From Geobacterales bacterium (GTDB lineage Bacteria; Desulfobacterota; Desulfuromonadia; Geobacterales; Pseudopelobacteraceae): a DNA stretch of 64,000 nt. The notes under the pieces are model-generated. The model searched no databases. It was not told the origin of the DNA and was given only the letters and a program-made list of their open reading frames with translations. The position numbers were made by a program, and so were the translations under genes. Positions 1-9,407 of the stretch are shown here, piece after piece (within the stretch, counting starts at the first letter, position 1; every line of letters starts with the position of its first letter). The stretch is taken from NCBI GenBank assembly GCA_038318485.1, contig JBBQCH010000001.1:3434-67433 (forward strand). Reading direction: 5' to 3'.

Positions 1-1
1 T

Positions 2-370
2 CTCAACCGTCTCGACCCGGCGCCGCAACCCGCGTTCAGAACTCTCATCAGGGTTCAAGCGGTTGATATCACTTTGCCGCTTTTCGACAGAGACAGGCAA
101 ATCTGGGAGCACCCAACGGATTATTCCGGTACACAGCAGTTTGGCAGGGTTGTGCGGAAAGGGGTTGTTGAAGCGATTCTATACAAATCGGTGCGAGACC
201 CGGCTGGAGGAAAGTGTCTGGCCCTGATGTCAACTGAAGGATTCAAATCAAAAAAACCGGAAAACGATATGCAGACATGGCATCTCACCGTCACCAGAAA
301 TGAGGTTGTCTGGACCCACAAGTTTAAAAACCTGTTTTCCATAGATGCTTCGGGTTGGGAAATTAATTAG
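2..370 (+). CDS. RES-domain toxin-like protein, 5' end outside the window
   Basis: The frame is open from the window edge. The C-terminal segment GVVEAILYKSVRDPAGGKCLALMSTEGF resembles the conserved core of RES-domain (Xre-RES toxin-antitoxin) proteins. Confidence 0.5.
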   Translation, partial: LNRLDPAPQPAFRTLIRVQAVDITLPLFDRDRQIWEHPTDYSGTQQFGRVVRKGVVEAILYKSVRDPAGGKCLALMSTEGFKSKKPENDMQTWHLTVTRNEVVWTHKFKNLFSIDASGWEIN

Positions 371-408
371 TGGTTCATACCGTTTGTATTTGCAGAATCA
401 GCACCGCT

Positions 409-1116
409 CTAGCGCCACACCTCGTCCGTATACTCCCCGTCCATATCCCGCACAAACAGCGGCGGTTCCACAACCGGTGCGCTGCGCCTCCCCTTGGCCA
501 GCTCAGCCATGAACATCGTGGCCGGAGATTCCTCATTGCTGTGAACCATCCGCAGTCGAAGCACAGATAATTTCATTTGAACTGCCAGTGCCAAGAATTC
601 GGTCAAACGCGACGGCAGATGAATAAAGCAGATTCTGCCAGCCGGCTTTACCAGATATTTAGCCGTGGCGAGGAAGTCCGACAGTCCGGCGGTTGTTTCA
701 TGACGGGCTGCATCCCGCCCCGCATGGGGGCTGACCCGGCCGCTTTGCGGTATCCGGTAAGGGGGGTTGGAAACAACCAGATCAAAGGTTGAATCGGGAT
801 AGTTCTTGCGCAGGTTGATAACGTCTTCGGCATGTACTGAAATCCTGCCGGACAATTCATTGTGCTGAATATTCTTTTCCACAAGTTCGGCCATAACGAG
901 GTTTTTTTCCACCGCCACAACATCTGCATCCGGGTTGAACCGTGACAGCACCAGCGAAATGATGCCGCAACCGGCTCCCAGGTCGATAATGCTGCCGCCC
1001 GGTTTCACACCGGCGCAGAAACGTGCCAGCAGAAGGGCATCCAGCGAATAGCGGTAACCCTGCTTCGGCTGAAAAAGCTGCAGATCAAACTGTTTGAGAT
1101 CATCCTGTGTCAGCAC
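409..1116 (-). CDS. SAM-dependent methyltransferase, tRNA1(Val) m6A37 (TrmN6/YfiC)-like
   Basis: 235-aa ORF with the motifs QPKQGYRYSLDALLLA, the SAM-binding loop IIDLGAGCGIISL and the catalytic NPPY (VVSNPPYR). Confidence 0.7.
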   Translation of the reverse strand: MLTQDDLKQFDLQLFQPKQGYRYSLDALLLARFCAGVKPGGSIIDLGAGCGIISLVLSRFNPDADVVAVEKNLVMAELVEKNIQHNELSGRISVHAEDVINLRKNYPDSTFDLVVSNPPYRIPQSGRVSPHAGRDAARHETTAGLSDFLATAKYLVKPAGRICFIHLPSRLTEFLALAVQMKLSVLRLRMVHSNEESPATMFMAELAKGRRSAPVVEPPLFVRDMDGEYTDEVWR

Positions 1117-1123
1117 CGATGCC

Positions 1124-3583
1124 TCACCCCCTCGATTCTACTCGGGACATCTCATTACTCTTCCCGTTTTTTCTGCGGAACAGCCATTCGCGAACCAGCA
1201 CTCCTGCAAAAAGCACAAAAGAGCCCAGCGTCAGGTACTTGCCGATCTTGAAGGGGAGCGGATCAAACAGAAATTCTACCTTGTGTTTGCCAGGAGTAAG
1301 ATAAACTCCGCGCAGAACGTGGTTTACCGGAACAATCTCGACTGACTGGCCATCCACATACGCCTTCCAACCCTGATAATATTTCTCGCCCAGCACGAGC
1401 AGACTGTTTAATTTATTATTTATCGTCACATCAATCTTTTTTTCCTGATAATCGGTGACATCCGCAGTGCCCGGAGATTCGTTCTGAGGTTGGCCTGACG
1501 GAAGCAAGGGAAGCGGCGGAGCACTTTCCACCACAGCAAGCTGCCGCGGATCAAAAGCTGGATTCTGCAATATCTGGAGTGCTTGCATCCGGTTTCCGGC
1601 AACATAGGCTGAAGATACCAACCACGCTTTTGGCAGTACATTCCTGTTTTCCAGTACGACTTCTCCTCCATCAGCTGAGGTAAAGACCGGTACATATTTA
1701 TCGAAAAGCTGACCGCGTTCCTGCTGATACTGTTCCCCGGAAAAAACAACATATTTCACATTAAGCATGTCAGGCAGGGAGGAATTAAATGAGAATATAT
1801 CCAGTATTTCCTGCCAGCGCTGTTTCTGCACCGGATTCGGTGTAAACATGACCGGAATGTTGTGCGCAGAAAACTGCATCGGATCAACCCCGTTAGCCGG
1901 CAGGGTTCTATAGTATCTGGAATCTTTCGTAATGTACTCCATGGCTGGCGTTGAGCTGCCCTTAGCCTTGGCCGGAACCGGCACAAGAAACATGAACTTG
2001 TTGTTGACGCGGGCCGTGTCTCCGATGAACAGCGCAATCAACATTCCGCAGAAAAGCCATCCTGCCAGATACCTGCGTCGGTACGCCCAGATTATTATGA
2101 CAATCGCTGTCGAAAACCCGGCCGCGATAAGCAGTTCCTGCACCAGATTATTCCAGCGCTGGTCAATCAGATATTGCCCCTGCTCATAGCGTGTAGGTTG
2201 TGAAATCAGCCTGAAAAAACTGTCCACCAGCGTCTGTTTCCAAATCACGGCCGCCCCCGCAGATAGACACAGTACAACCGGCAGCGCCGTCAAACCGGCC
2301 AGATAACGTCCAAACAGCCGCCGGTCAAGTTCATCGCGATGCATAAGAAGATCAATTCCGCGCGCCGTGAGCACTCCCAATCCGATCACCGGAATGAACA
2401 TTATCATTTTGGGCACCCGGAAACGGTTGATACCGGGGAAATAATCATAGAAAAGATTGTAAAATGGAGTGTACTTGCCCATTGAAAAAAGCAGCGCTAC
2501 GACAATTCCGGCCAACGCCAGCCAGGTGTATTTGTCCCGTTTAAAGAGCAATGGCAATGGCAGCAGCAGCCAGGGCAACAGCCCCATATAGCTCAAGGTC
2601 TGGGTGAAAACCATTCGCCCCCAGTAATATGAATCATTGCTGGGCGGGTTTTCACCCGCCTCCTGGCGCGACATGCCGAACATGCCCGGAACGATAAAAG
2701 CGGCCAGTTCCTCAGGCGGCATTGACCACTGCATCGCTTCCTCCCGATCCAGCCCACCCTTGCCCTGATTGGCGCCGCTCTGTGCTCCGCGGGTTGTATC
2801 GGTCGACCAATTAGCCAACGGAGCCAGCGAAATCGCCACAGTACTGAGGAAGAAGGCCAGAACCACCAGATTCAAACCCAACATGCGCCATACCTGGCCG
2901 GTGTTGCCTTTAGTTTCGCCCACCATCATTCCCATTGTGCGCAGAACGCCGTAGGCTCCGACGCTTAGGCAGGTATAGTAGGCAATCTGCCAGTGGGTAT
3001 TAAAAAACTGGAAGGCCAATATAAAGCCGGTCGCCATGAAGAATATGATCCGCCGGGTACTGAACCCCTTTTCCAGAAAATAAAAAGCCCAGGGTGCGTA
3101 GGCAATCGTTGCGATTTTCATCACATGCCCGGCATTGATCAAGGTAGCAATTTCAGGTGCCAGAGCAAACACCAGTCCGCCCAGAAAAGCCGCCGGACGG
3201 CTGGTGCCAACCAGACGGCAACAGCAGTAAACTCCGGCAGCCCCCGCAAACAGGTGCAGCACGACGAACCAGGCCACATTGGCCGGCGGCGGGACAATAT
3301 GAAACAGCAGGGTTCTCCAGAACAGGAACTGCAACGATGCAAAGCCCCCTTCATTGGAAAGGCCACTGTTGATATAGATGTTCCAGTCCGGCGACAGGCT
3401 GCTCAAACTGAACAAATCTTTCAGTGGAGTGGCATGAAGATCCTTGATGCCCCAGTAAAATTCATTAATGATATCCGGGGCACGGATGATCTTGTCCGTA
3501 AAGAGGATTTTTGAGAACAGCACCAGAAGCAGTACCAGAAGCAGGCCGTAAGCCAACAGGTCTTTTTTTCGTTCAGAAGTCAT
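1124..3583 (-). CDS. YfhO-family polytopic membrane protein (putative glycosyl-transfer/glycan modification)
   Basis: 819 aa with many predicted TM helices. The C-terminal LVLGEKYYQGWKAYVDGQSVEIVPVNHVLRGVYLTPGKHKVEFLF plus a terminal TM helix is typical of YfhO. Confidence 0.65.
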   Translation of the reverse strand: MTSERKKDLLAYGLLLVLLLVLFSKILFTDKIIRAPDIINEFYWGIKDLHATPLKDLFSLSSLSPDWNIYINSGLSNEGGFASLQFLFWRTLLFHIVPPPANVAWFVVLHLFAGAAGVYCCCRLVGTSRPAAFLGGLVFALAPEIATLINAGHVMKIATIAYAPWAFYFLEKGFSTRRIIFFMATGFILAFQFFNTHWQIAYYTCLSVGAYGVLRTMGMMVGETKGNTGQVWRMLGLNLVVLAFFLSTVAISLAPLANWSTDTTRGAQSGANQGKGGLDREEAMQWSMPPEELAAFIVPGMFGMSRQEAGENPPSNDSYYWGRMVFTQTLSYMGLLPWLLLPLPLLFKRDKYTWLALAGIVVALLFSMGKYTPFYNLFYDYFPGINRFRVPKMIMFIPVIGLGVLTARGIDLLMHRDELDRRLFGRYLAGLTALPVVLCLSAGAAVIWKQTLVDSFFRLISQPTRYEQGQYLIDQRWNNLVQELLIAAGFSTAIVIIIWAYRRRYLAGWLFCGMLIALFIGDTARVNNKFMFLVPVPAKAKGSSTPAMEYITKDSRYYRTLPANGVDPMQFSAHNIPVMFTPNPVQKQRWQEILDIFSFNSSLPDMLNVKYVVFSGEQYQQERGQLFDKYVPVFTSADGGEVVLENRNVLPKAWLVSSAYVAGNRMQALQILQNPAFDPRQLAVVESAPPLPLLPSGQPQNESPGTADVTDYQEKKIDVTINNKLNSLLVLGEKYYQGWKAYVDGQSVEIVPVNHVLRGVYLTPGKHKVEFLFDPLPFKIGKYLTLGSFVLFAGVLVREWLFRRKNGKSNEMSRVESRG

Positions 3584-3620
3584 GGAGATTTCCGTAATAT
3601 CCAGTGGAAGTTAGTAAAGG

Positions 3621-4466
3621 TCATACCCAGCGGCCGGCGGTGTAATGCAGTATGCGCCGGTTCAGGCTGCGTTTAAGGCGATCCGGCAGAAAATAGGTTC
3701 CCAGCAACTGCAGAAAAGCTCGCAGCCGCTGGACGGGACCCGCAGCACGGGCAATTGAATTCATTTCCTGCCGATAAGCAACATTCTGGCGCGAGAGCTG
3801 CCCGGCATGGCTCCTGAAGCCGCCCAGGCAGGATTGAATGATCCATAGCTCGCTCTGGCGGGCAAAGCAATCCCAAAGAAAGAAATCACCAGCCAGTTTG
3901 AAGCGGCCCAGCTTCTCCGCATCCAGCACGGTCAGCAGAGCAGATCGCCAGAAAGTTGATTCCTGCTGAATGGTATTGATGTGAATGGTACCGTAAACTC
4001 CGCTACCGATCAAATCACGGCTGTATGCCAGCGGCAGAATGGTGCTGGTGACCTGCCCGGACTCGTTAAGCACGGTACACATGGCAGTGGCCCAGCTGAC
4101 TTCGGGATGAGCATCAAAAACAGCGGCAACGGCAGAAAGAGCGTTGGGAAAGTAGATATCATCAGCGTTGAGATAGGCGACCACCTCACCCGAGATGAGG
4201 CCGAATCCTTTGGCTAGTGCGTCGTACATGCCGCTGTCAGGCTCGGACAGAACCTGCATGTTCACCCCGCGACATGCCACCTGAATATGGCCGGATTCCA
4301 GACGTTCACGATATGAATTTGCAATCGCAAGTGTGCGGTCGCTGGATGCGCCGTCAATGATGAGGTATTCCAGCTCAAAGTCGCCGCGTTGGGAAATGAC
4401 GCTTTCAATGGTTTCGGCAATAAAGCGTTCAGCATTGCGGCAGGGAGTTATAATCGATATTTTCAT
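3621..4466 (-). CDS. family 2 glycosyltransferase
   Basis: MKISIITPCRNAERFI...IIDGASSDRT is a GT2 N-terminal signature. AAGGA lies 7 nt upstream of the ATG at 4466, and the upstream GTG at 4481 is less likely. Confidence 0.8.
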   Translation of the reverse strand: MKISIITPCRNAERFIAETIESVISQRGDFELEYLIIDGASSDRTLAIANSYRERLESGHIQVACRGVNMQVLSEPDSGMYDALAKGFGLISGEVVAYLNADDIYFPNALSAVAAVFDAHPEVSWATAMCTVLNESGQVTSTILPLAYSRDLIGSGVYGTIHINTIQQESTFWRSALLTVLDAEKLGRFKLAGDFFLWDCFARQSELWIIQSCLGGFRSHAGQLSRQNVAYRQEMNSIARAAGPVQRLRAFLQLLGTYFLPDRLKRSLNRRILHYTAGRWV

Positions 4467-4477
4467 ATTTTGATCCT

Positions 4478-5671
4478 TCACATACCGGATGGAGCTGACC
4501 GCGCCCGGTACAGACCCTCCAGGCGGTTTGCAAACTCCGGCCAGGAGAAATCACGCTGGATGCATTCCCTGGCCTGCCTCCCCAGCTCCTGCCGCCGCAG
4601 ATCATCTGCCAACAGGTTCTGAACGTTGTCGGCCATGGCTTGCCAGTCGCCGGGACTGCAGAGTAGACCTGAAACACCATCCTTGATATATTCGGCAATC
4701 ATGCCGACCCGGTGAGCTACAACCGGCAGACCGGCACACAACAGTTCGGTCAATTTGGCGGGGCACTTGGCACGGTTGACCGCGGTATCGGCAAAGGGGT
4801 AAATGGCAACATCACCGGCAGCCAGGTAATCGGGGATTTCCACTGGTTCAAGCCAGCCCGCCATGATCAGGGAACCGGCAAATCCATCCCGTTCCGCTGC
4901 CCGTATCAAGTGCTGTTCCTCGCCGTGCCGGCCTTTACCAACCACCAGAATGCTGATTCCAATGGACTTGCGCACAAGTTCCGCGCAGAGCCAGGCCAAA
5001 CGATCCTGATCGAACTCGAAAAAGCGGGTATACAGGAGCACAACCGGCTGGTCATCGGCAATGCCCAGCTTTCGCCGTACCCGGCCGCCATCTCCGGACG
5101 GCGGCGTAGCAACGCAGTTGGGCAGATACATAAGCAGGTCCTCCGGAACGCCGAAACCAGCCATCCGTTCCAAGAGAGTCTTGCTGGCCGCAGTAACTCC
5201 ACTTGCCAACCGGGGGATGTGGCTTTCCTGATAATTGAACAGTAACCGTTCGGGACCGGAATAGCGCTGCAGGTCATTCATGCCACCCTTCCCTTCCCAG
5301 TCATCCGTATCAACAAACAGCGGCAGCTCAGGATGGAACCTGGCCAGCATCTGGGCGGCCAAACCACCGTAACCTTTAGGTTTGAATAGGTGAACCAGAT
5401 CGGGGTGTTCCTGCAGTACGGCGTGATACAACCGCCAGGCCAGCAGCGGAGCTGCCATGGCAGCGAAACTGAATCGCGGCAACAGTACGTTGCGGAGCCT
5501 GATGCCGGCCACCAGTTCGTCCCGACCCGAATCCTCAGGATTTGTGTAAGGAGGAGCCACGATGACCAGCTCATGCCCAAACCGCGAAAGTTCAACCGCC
5601 AGCGGCAGCATCCGGGCCGCGACGGTTCCCTTGGGGCGGATTCCGAAGGGCGCCAGCATGACAATCTTCAT
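4478..5671 (-). CDS. family 4 (GT1-fold) glycosyltransferase
   Basis: The likely start is MKIVMLAPFGIRPKG at 5671, forming an ATGA overlap with the upstream stop. The C-terminal GLPVVAHRVGMIAEYIKDGVSGLL motif is present. The 90-codon 5' extension in the ORF track overlaps the upstream gene. Confidence 0.8.
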   Translation of the reverse strand: MKIVMLAPFGIRPKGTVAARMLPLAVELSRFGHELVIVAPPYTNPEDSGRDELVAGIRLRNVLLPRFSFAAMAAPLLAWRLYHAVLQEHPDLVHLFKPKGYGGLAAQMLARFHPELPLFVDTDDWEGKGGMNDLQRYSGPERLLFNYQESHIPRLASGVTAASKTLLERMAGFGVPEDLLMYLPNCVATPPSGDGGRVRRKLGIADDQPVVLLYTRFFEFDQDRLAWLCAELVRKSIGISILVVGKGRHGEEQHLIRAAERDGFAGSLIMAGWLEPVEIPDYLAAGDVAIYPFADTAVNRAKCPAKLTELLCAGLPVVAHRVGMIAEYIKDGVSGLLCSPGDWQAMADNVQNLLADDLRRQELGRQARECIQRDFSWPEFANRLEGLYRARSAPSGM

Positions 5672-6393
5672 GACAGCCCCTCCTTTGAAAAGCTCCTGAG
5701 CAATCTGCTGAACGGAAGGTTCAGTAAAGCCCTCAACACTCCCCTCCTTCCAAAATTTTTCGATACCACCTGCAACATTTCGCGGTAATCCTTGCGGCTG
5801 CTGAGTCCGCCCGGCAATGCCGATGCAACTAAATTTTCCGCATACAGGAAGGTAACGCCATCTTTCAGCAAACGCTGATTGAAGTCGAAGTCGGCATACA
5901 TTCTGAACCGAGTATCGAAGGGGGGCTCGGGATGCAGGCATTTCGGCACCAGCAGGGCCTGGTGGTGCAGTGTGTTACCACATTTTAGACGCCAGTCAGC
6001 CGAAGCCGGGAAACGGCGTTCACCGATCATAACCTGTCCGAAAAACACTTCACGACCCTGTAAGCCGGTCAGGTCTGCCGGCAGTGACAGCAGCCGGTCG
6101 CCGGCACCGAGAAACAGGATCCAGCTATCCTCGCGGGCAGCCCGCCACCCTTTGTTCATCGCGTCATAGATACCGTTGTCAGGCTCGCTGCTCCAGGACT
6201 TGACCACTGTTTTTTCATGGTGCCTGAGGAGTTCGGCTGTGCCGTCGCAGGAACCACCGTCCACCACGCGATATTCCAGATTCGGATAATCGAGCGCAGC
6301 AATGCTTGCAATCGTGGCCGCCAGGTTGGCCGCATCGTTATAAGCTACGGTGATCACAGTGATCCATGGAAAAATACCGGATCTGTCATTCAT
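5668..6393 (-). CDS. family 2 glycosyltransferase
   Basis: Likely start MNDRSGIFPWITVITVAYNDAANL...VVDGGSCDGT is a GT2 signature. It overlaps the upstream gene by 8 nt. Confidence 0.75.
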   Translation of the reverse strand: MNDRSGIFPWITVITVAYNDAANLAATIASIAALDYPNLEYRVVDGGSCDGTAELLRHHEKTVVKSWSSEPDNGIYDAMNKGWRAAREDSWILFLGAGDRLLSLPADLTGLQGREVFFGQVMIGERRFPASADWRLKCGNTLHHQALLVPKCLHPEPPFDTRFRMYADFDFNQRLLKDGVTFLYAENLVASALPGGLSSRKDYREMLQVVSKNFGRRGVLRALLNLPFSRLLRSFSKEGLS

Positions 6394-7102
6394 AGCTGTT
6401 GGAGGCAAAGACCTTGTCGGCGTCAGGTGCAAAGACGATATCGATCTGCCAGAAAGCACCATCCCCAGGCCGGTGCATCGGCTCACAGATATCCACGCAG
6501 CGCAGACCGTATTGTTCCATATGGTCACACATCTCATAAAAACGAAGGCTCTGATCGGCTATGGTAAAATTATAGGTCTCCAGAATAACCAGGCTGCTCT
6601 GCGACAGCGTTTGACGGGCGCCTTCCAGGATCGGGGTTTCGAAACCGTGGGTGTCCAGTTTAATCAGAAAAGGCGGTTTAAGCCCCTTTTCCTGCACCAG
6701 CGTGTCAATCATGGTTACCGGCACTTTTATGCAGTTCTGCTCAAAAGGGGTATCGGATGCCAAACCACCGAACAACTTTGTCGCATCGAAATAAATCGAG
6801 CCAACCCGATTGCCGGCGGCCGCTATGACGTAGTCGAAGTTTGGATAGTTGTGGATGGTTTTTTTAAGCCCGGTTTCATGCTCCTGTCGAGCTTCCACCA
6901 TCAGGAAAGAGGCCTGTGGAAAGCGCTTTACAACCCGCCTTGACCAGCAGCCATTGGAAGCACCCACATCAATAACGCTATTGACTCGCGTACCGCGCTG
7001 ATAGCAGCGGTCCAGAACAGCCGCAAGCGAAAGCACGTCACGAACCAGTCCCAGTCTTTGCAGTATTTTATCCAGCAACCTAATAAAAATGTTTATTTTC
7101 AT
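6386..7102 (-). CDS. FkbM-family methyltransferase
   Basis: Contains IDVGASNGCW and LIKLDTHGFETPILEGA, which are FkbM-type motifs. Confidence 0.75.
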   Translation of the reverse strand: MKINIFIRLLDKILQRLGLVRDVLSLAAVLDRCYQRGTRVNSVIDVGASNGCWSRRVVKRFPQASFLMVEARQEHETGLKKTIHNYPNFDYVIAAAGNRVGSIYFDATKLFGGLASDTPFEQNCIKVPVTMIDTLVQEKGLKPPFLIKLDTHGFETPILEGARQTLSQSSLVILETYNFTIADQSLRFYEMCDHMEQYGLRCVDICEPMHRPGDGAFWQIDIVFAPDADKVFASNSYE

Positions 7103-7124
7103 TCTGTTGTTTTGTCCTTATTGA

Positions 7125-8231
7125 TCACAGGATACTACCGTAAACCCTTACGGTCTCCCGGGCTACCCGGTCCCAGGAAAAATGAGCCGCACGTTTATAG
7201 CCCTTTTCGATCAGTTTCTCCTGCAATTCATGATCATTCAGCACCTGTTCTACGGATTCTCGAAGCGCTGATTCATCACCGGCATCCGCCACTATTCCGG
7301 AATCGCCAGCCACCTCGGGCAGCGAACCGGTGTTGCTGATAATTACCGGACAACCGCACGAAAAAGCCTCCAGCACAGGAATACCAAAACCTTCATAAAG
7401 CGAGGGAAACACGAAAACCTTGGCGCCGGCATAAAGATTGGCAAGTTCATCATCGGAAACGCTCATCTGAAGCATGCGGCCCGACAGCTGCAGTAATTCA
7501 ATCAGGGCCAACTCGCCGGGATTAAAAGCCCCCCCGCCGGCACAGACGATCCTCAAGCCCGTATTACGCCTGATCAACGGAGCCATTGCCCGGATAAACA
7601 GATCAAAGTTTTTGTATCGGCTCCTGGTGCCCACATACAGGATGTAGTCACCAAGGGAATTGGCTTTTTCGCAGGATGCCCCCCCCCGCTTCAGCCGGAA
7701 CGAACTTGCGAGGTGTACTACGTCAATATTGGTTCCGTCAAGCCCATAGAGGCGCATCAACTCCTGCCTGGTAAATTCCGAGATGGCTATGATCCTGGAC
7801 GCGCGACTAACCAGCGCCCGTTTCCAGACAGTCGTACGGTCATTTGCCGAAAAACAATCCGGATGCACCTCGTGGGCCATGTCATAGACAGTCAGCACGT
7901 AGGGTCGCTGCCTGAGATAGCCTATAAAATAAGGATCATAATAGGTGGGATGAAAAAGATCGAATCCACGACCGACAAGCTTCATCCTGGCCCAGCTTGA
8001 ATTAATGGAATTGATTAGCGACGTTTTACCGGGAAACCGCCGGCTGCCGTCAAGTGCCATTCCGCGATAGAACGGCATGGTCGAAAGATATTCGTTTTCG
8101 GTCACAAGCACCGCCAGATCGGCATTGATACGCGATGACAACTCGCTGAAATAGCGGGATACGCCGCCATAGCGCTGCAAAGAAAATATTTGATGGTCGT
8201 AAAGGATTTTCAATTTATCACCCATTCTCAA
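7125..8231 (-). CDS. family 4 glycosyltransferase (mannosyltransferase-like)
   Basis: 368 aa with LKILYDHQIF...GGVSRY at the N-terminus and FVFPSLYEGFGIPVLEAFSCGCPVIISN at the C-terminus. Confidence 0.8.
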   Translation of the reverse strand: MRMGDKLKILYDHQIFSLQRYGGVSRYFSELSSRINADLAVLVTENEYLSTMPFYRGMALDGSRRFPGKTSLINSINSSWARMKLVGRGFDLFHPTYYDPYFIGYLRQRPYVLTVYDMAHEVHPDCFSANDRTTVWKRALVSRASRIIAISEFTRQELMRLYGLDGTNIDVVHLASSFRLKRGGASCEKANSLGDYILYVGTRSRYKNFDLFIRAMAPLIRRNTGLRIVCAGGGAFNPGELALIELLQLSGRMLQMSVSDDELANLYAGAKVFVFPSLYEGFGIPVLEAFSCGCPVIISNTGSLPEVAGDSGIVADAGDESALRESVEQVLNDHELQEKLIEKGYKRAAHFSWDRVARETVRVYGSIL

Positions 8232-8358
8232 ATGCAGTTGCGCAAGTACATGCTCTTCATATTCAGCTGGTTATTTACCATTGGAGCCTGTTCAAAAGCT
8301 CCTGGCATAAATTTCCGTAATGCCGAACCGGATCAATTTATACGGTATTTCAAAAACG

Positions 8359-9345
8359 TTAGGACCTTGAAACGGTTGCAGCCGAGCTTCGTAATGCATC
8401 ATTCGGCATGTTTTGAATGAAGAATGAATGTTCTGACGCAATGAAAGAAACAATGTCCTCTTCTTTCATTACAAGAAGATCAAAGTAAAAAAAGTTTTGA
8501 ATCAATTGATAAAAAAGCAGTTTTTTCAACGGACTAAAATCATCCAGAGAGTATGAGCCGACAAGATATCCGTGGTTATCGTAAACAACAAATGAGGAAT
8601 ATCCGGCATCTTCCAGAAAACTCAGCGTCTCAAGCAGCTTATCTGAGTAATGTCCGTCTGAAAAGACTTCACATTCGAAAAAAATAGCCGGTTTATTCTT
8701 AATTATTGTTTCTCTGGCACCATCGATCACTTCGAAATCATGACCATCAGTATCTATCTTAAGCATATTAAAGTCTGAAAACTCCGGATAGTCCATGACG
8801 ATGCTGTCCAATGTTTCAACGGACATTTGAGCGCCTTTTCCGGTCCTGGTTATGGAAGCGGTGCCGGAGACTTCGCTGATTTCGTAGATTCCTGTCTTGC
8901 TGGAAGAAGAACAAATTTTCTCCAATATCCGTATATTTTCGTTTGAACTGAAATTCTGACGCAAATATCTGCTGAAATGCGGATTTGGTTCAATTGCCAG
9001 AAACATGTCAGTTTCATGCCTTGAAAATGCCGCGATGGAATCACCGATATTTGCACCCACGTCTATACACTTTAACCGTCCCTCTTTATGGAACAAGAAA
9101 TCACTTAACCTTCCAGGAAGGGTGTCGTAGAAGGGAAGTTCAGCGAGATAAGCTGGTAAAGCATGGGACAGGGGCAAATCAAGGGCTTTCCCGTGTACGG
9201 TCATCGTACATGACGGATCTCCCATGAAACGGACAAGCTGTTTTCTGATGCCTCCCCAGAACATCTTTGCGCATCCATAGGAAGATATGTACTGTTTGTA
9301 AACAAACGTAGCAATTTTCACGAATATTCCTTTTTTTGTCTTCAA
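8359..9345 (-). CDS. FkbM-family methyltransferase
   Basis: Contains IDVGANIGDSIAAF and LKIDTDGHDFEVIDGARETI. The segment is low-GC. Confidence 0.7.
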   Translation of the reverse strand: MKTKKGIFVKIATFVYKQYISSYGCAKMFWGGIRKQLVRFMGDPSCTMTVHGKALDLPLSHALPAYLAELPFYDTLPGRLSDFLFHKEGRLKCIDVGANIGDSIAAFSRHETDMFLAIEPNPHFSRYLRQNFSSNENIRILEKICSSSSKTGIYEISEVSGTASITRTGKGAQMSVETLDSIVMDYPEFSDFNMLKIDTDGHDFEVIDGARETIIKNKPAIFFECEVFSDGHYSDKLLETLSFLEDAGYSSFVVYDNHGYLVGSYSLDDFSPLKKLLFYQLIQNFFYFDLLVMKEEDIVSFIASEHSFFIQNMPNDALRSSAATVSRS

Positions 9346-9407
9346 ACTGAGGGTTTTATATTATTTGTGTGCTGTTACAGGGGCTTCAGGTGATTCAGCA
9401 ATAGTGT

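Noticed and set aside
4478-5941. Long 5' extensions of several track ORFs (4478-5941, 5668-6537, 14899-15690, 15954-16832, 16860-18200, 25694-27127, 29210-30649, 36896-39937, 42818-44764, 48055-49110, 60216-61265, 61235-62419)
   Set aside because: The extensions overlap upstream genes or lack family-typical N-termini. Internal starts with an RBS or stop-start overlaps give canonical N-termini, so I used shortened coordinates.
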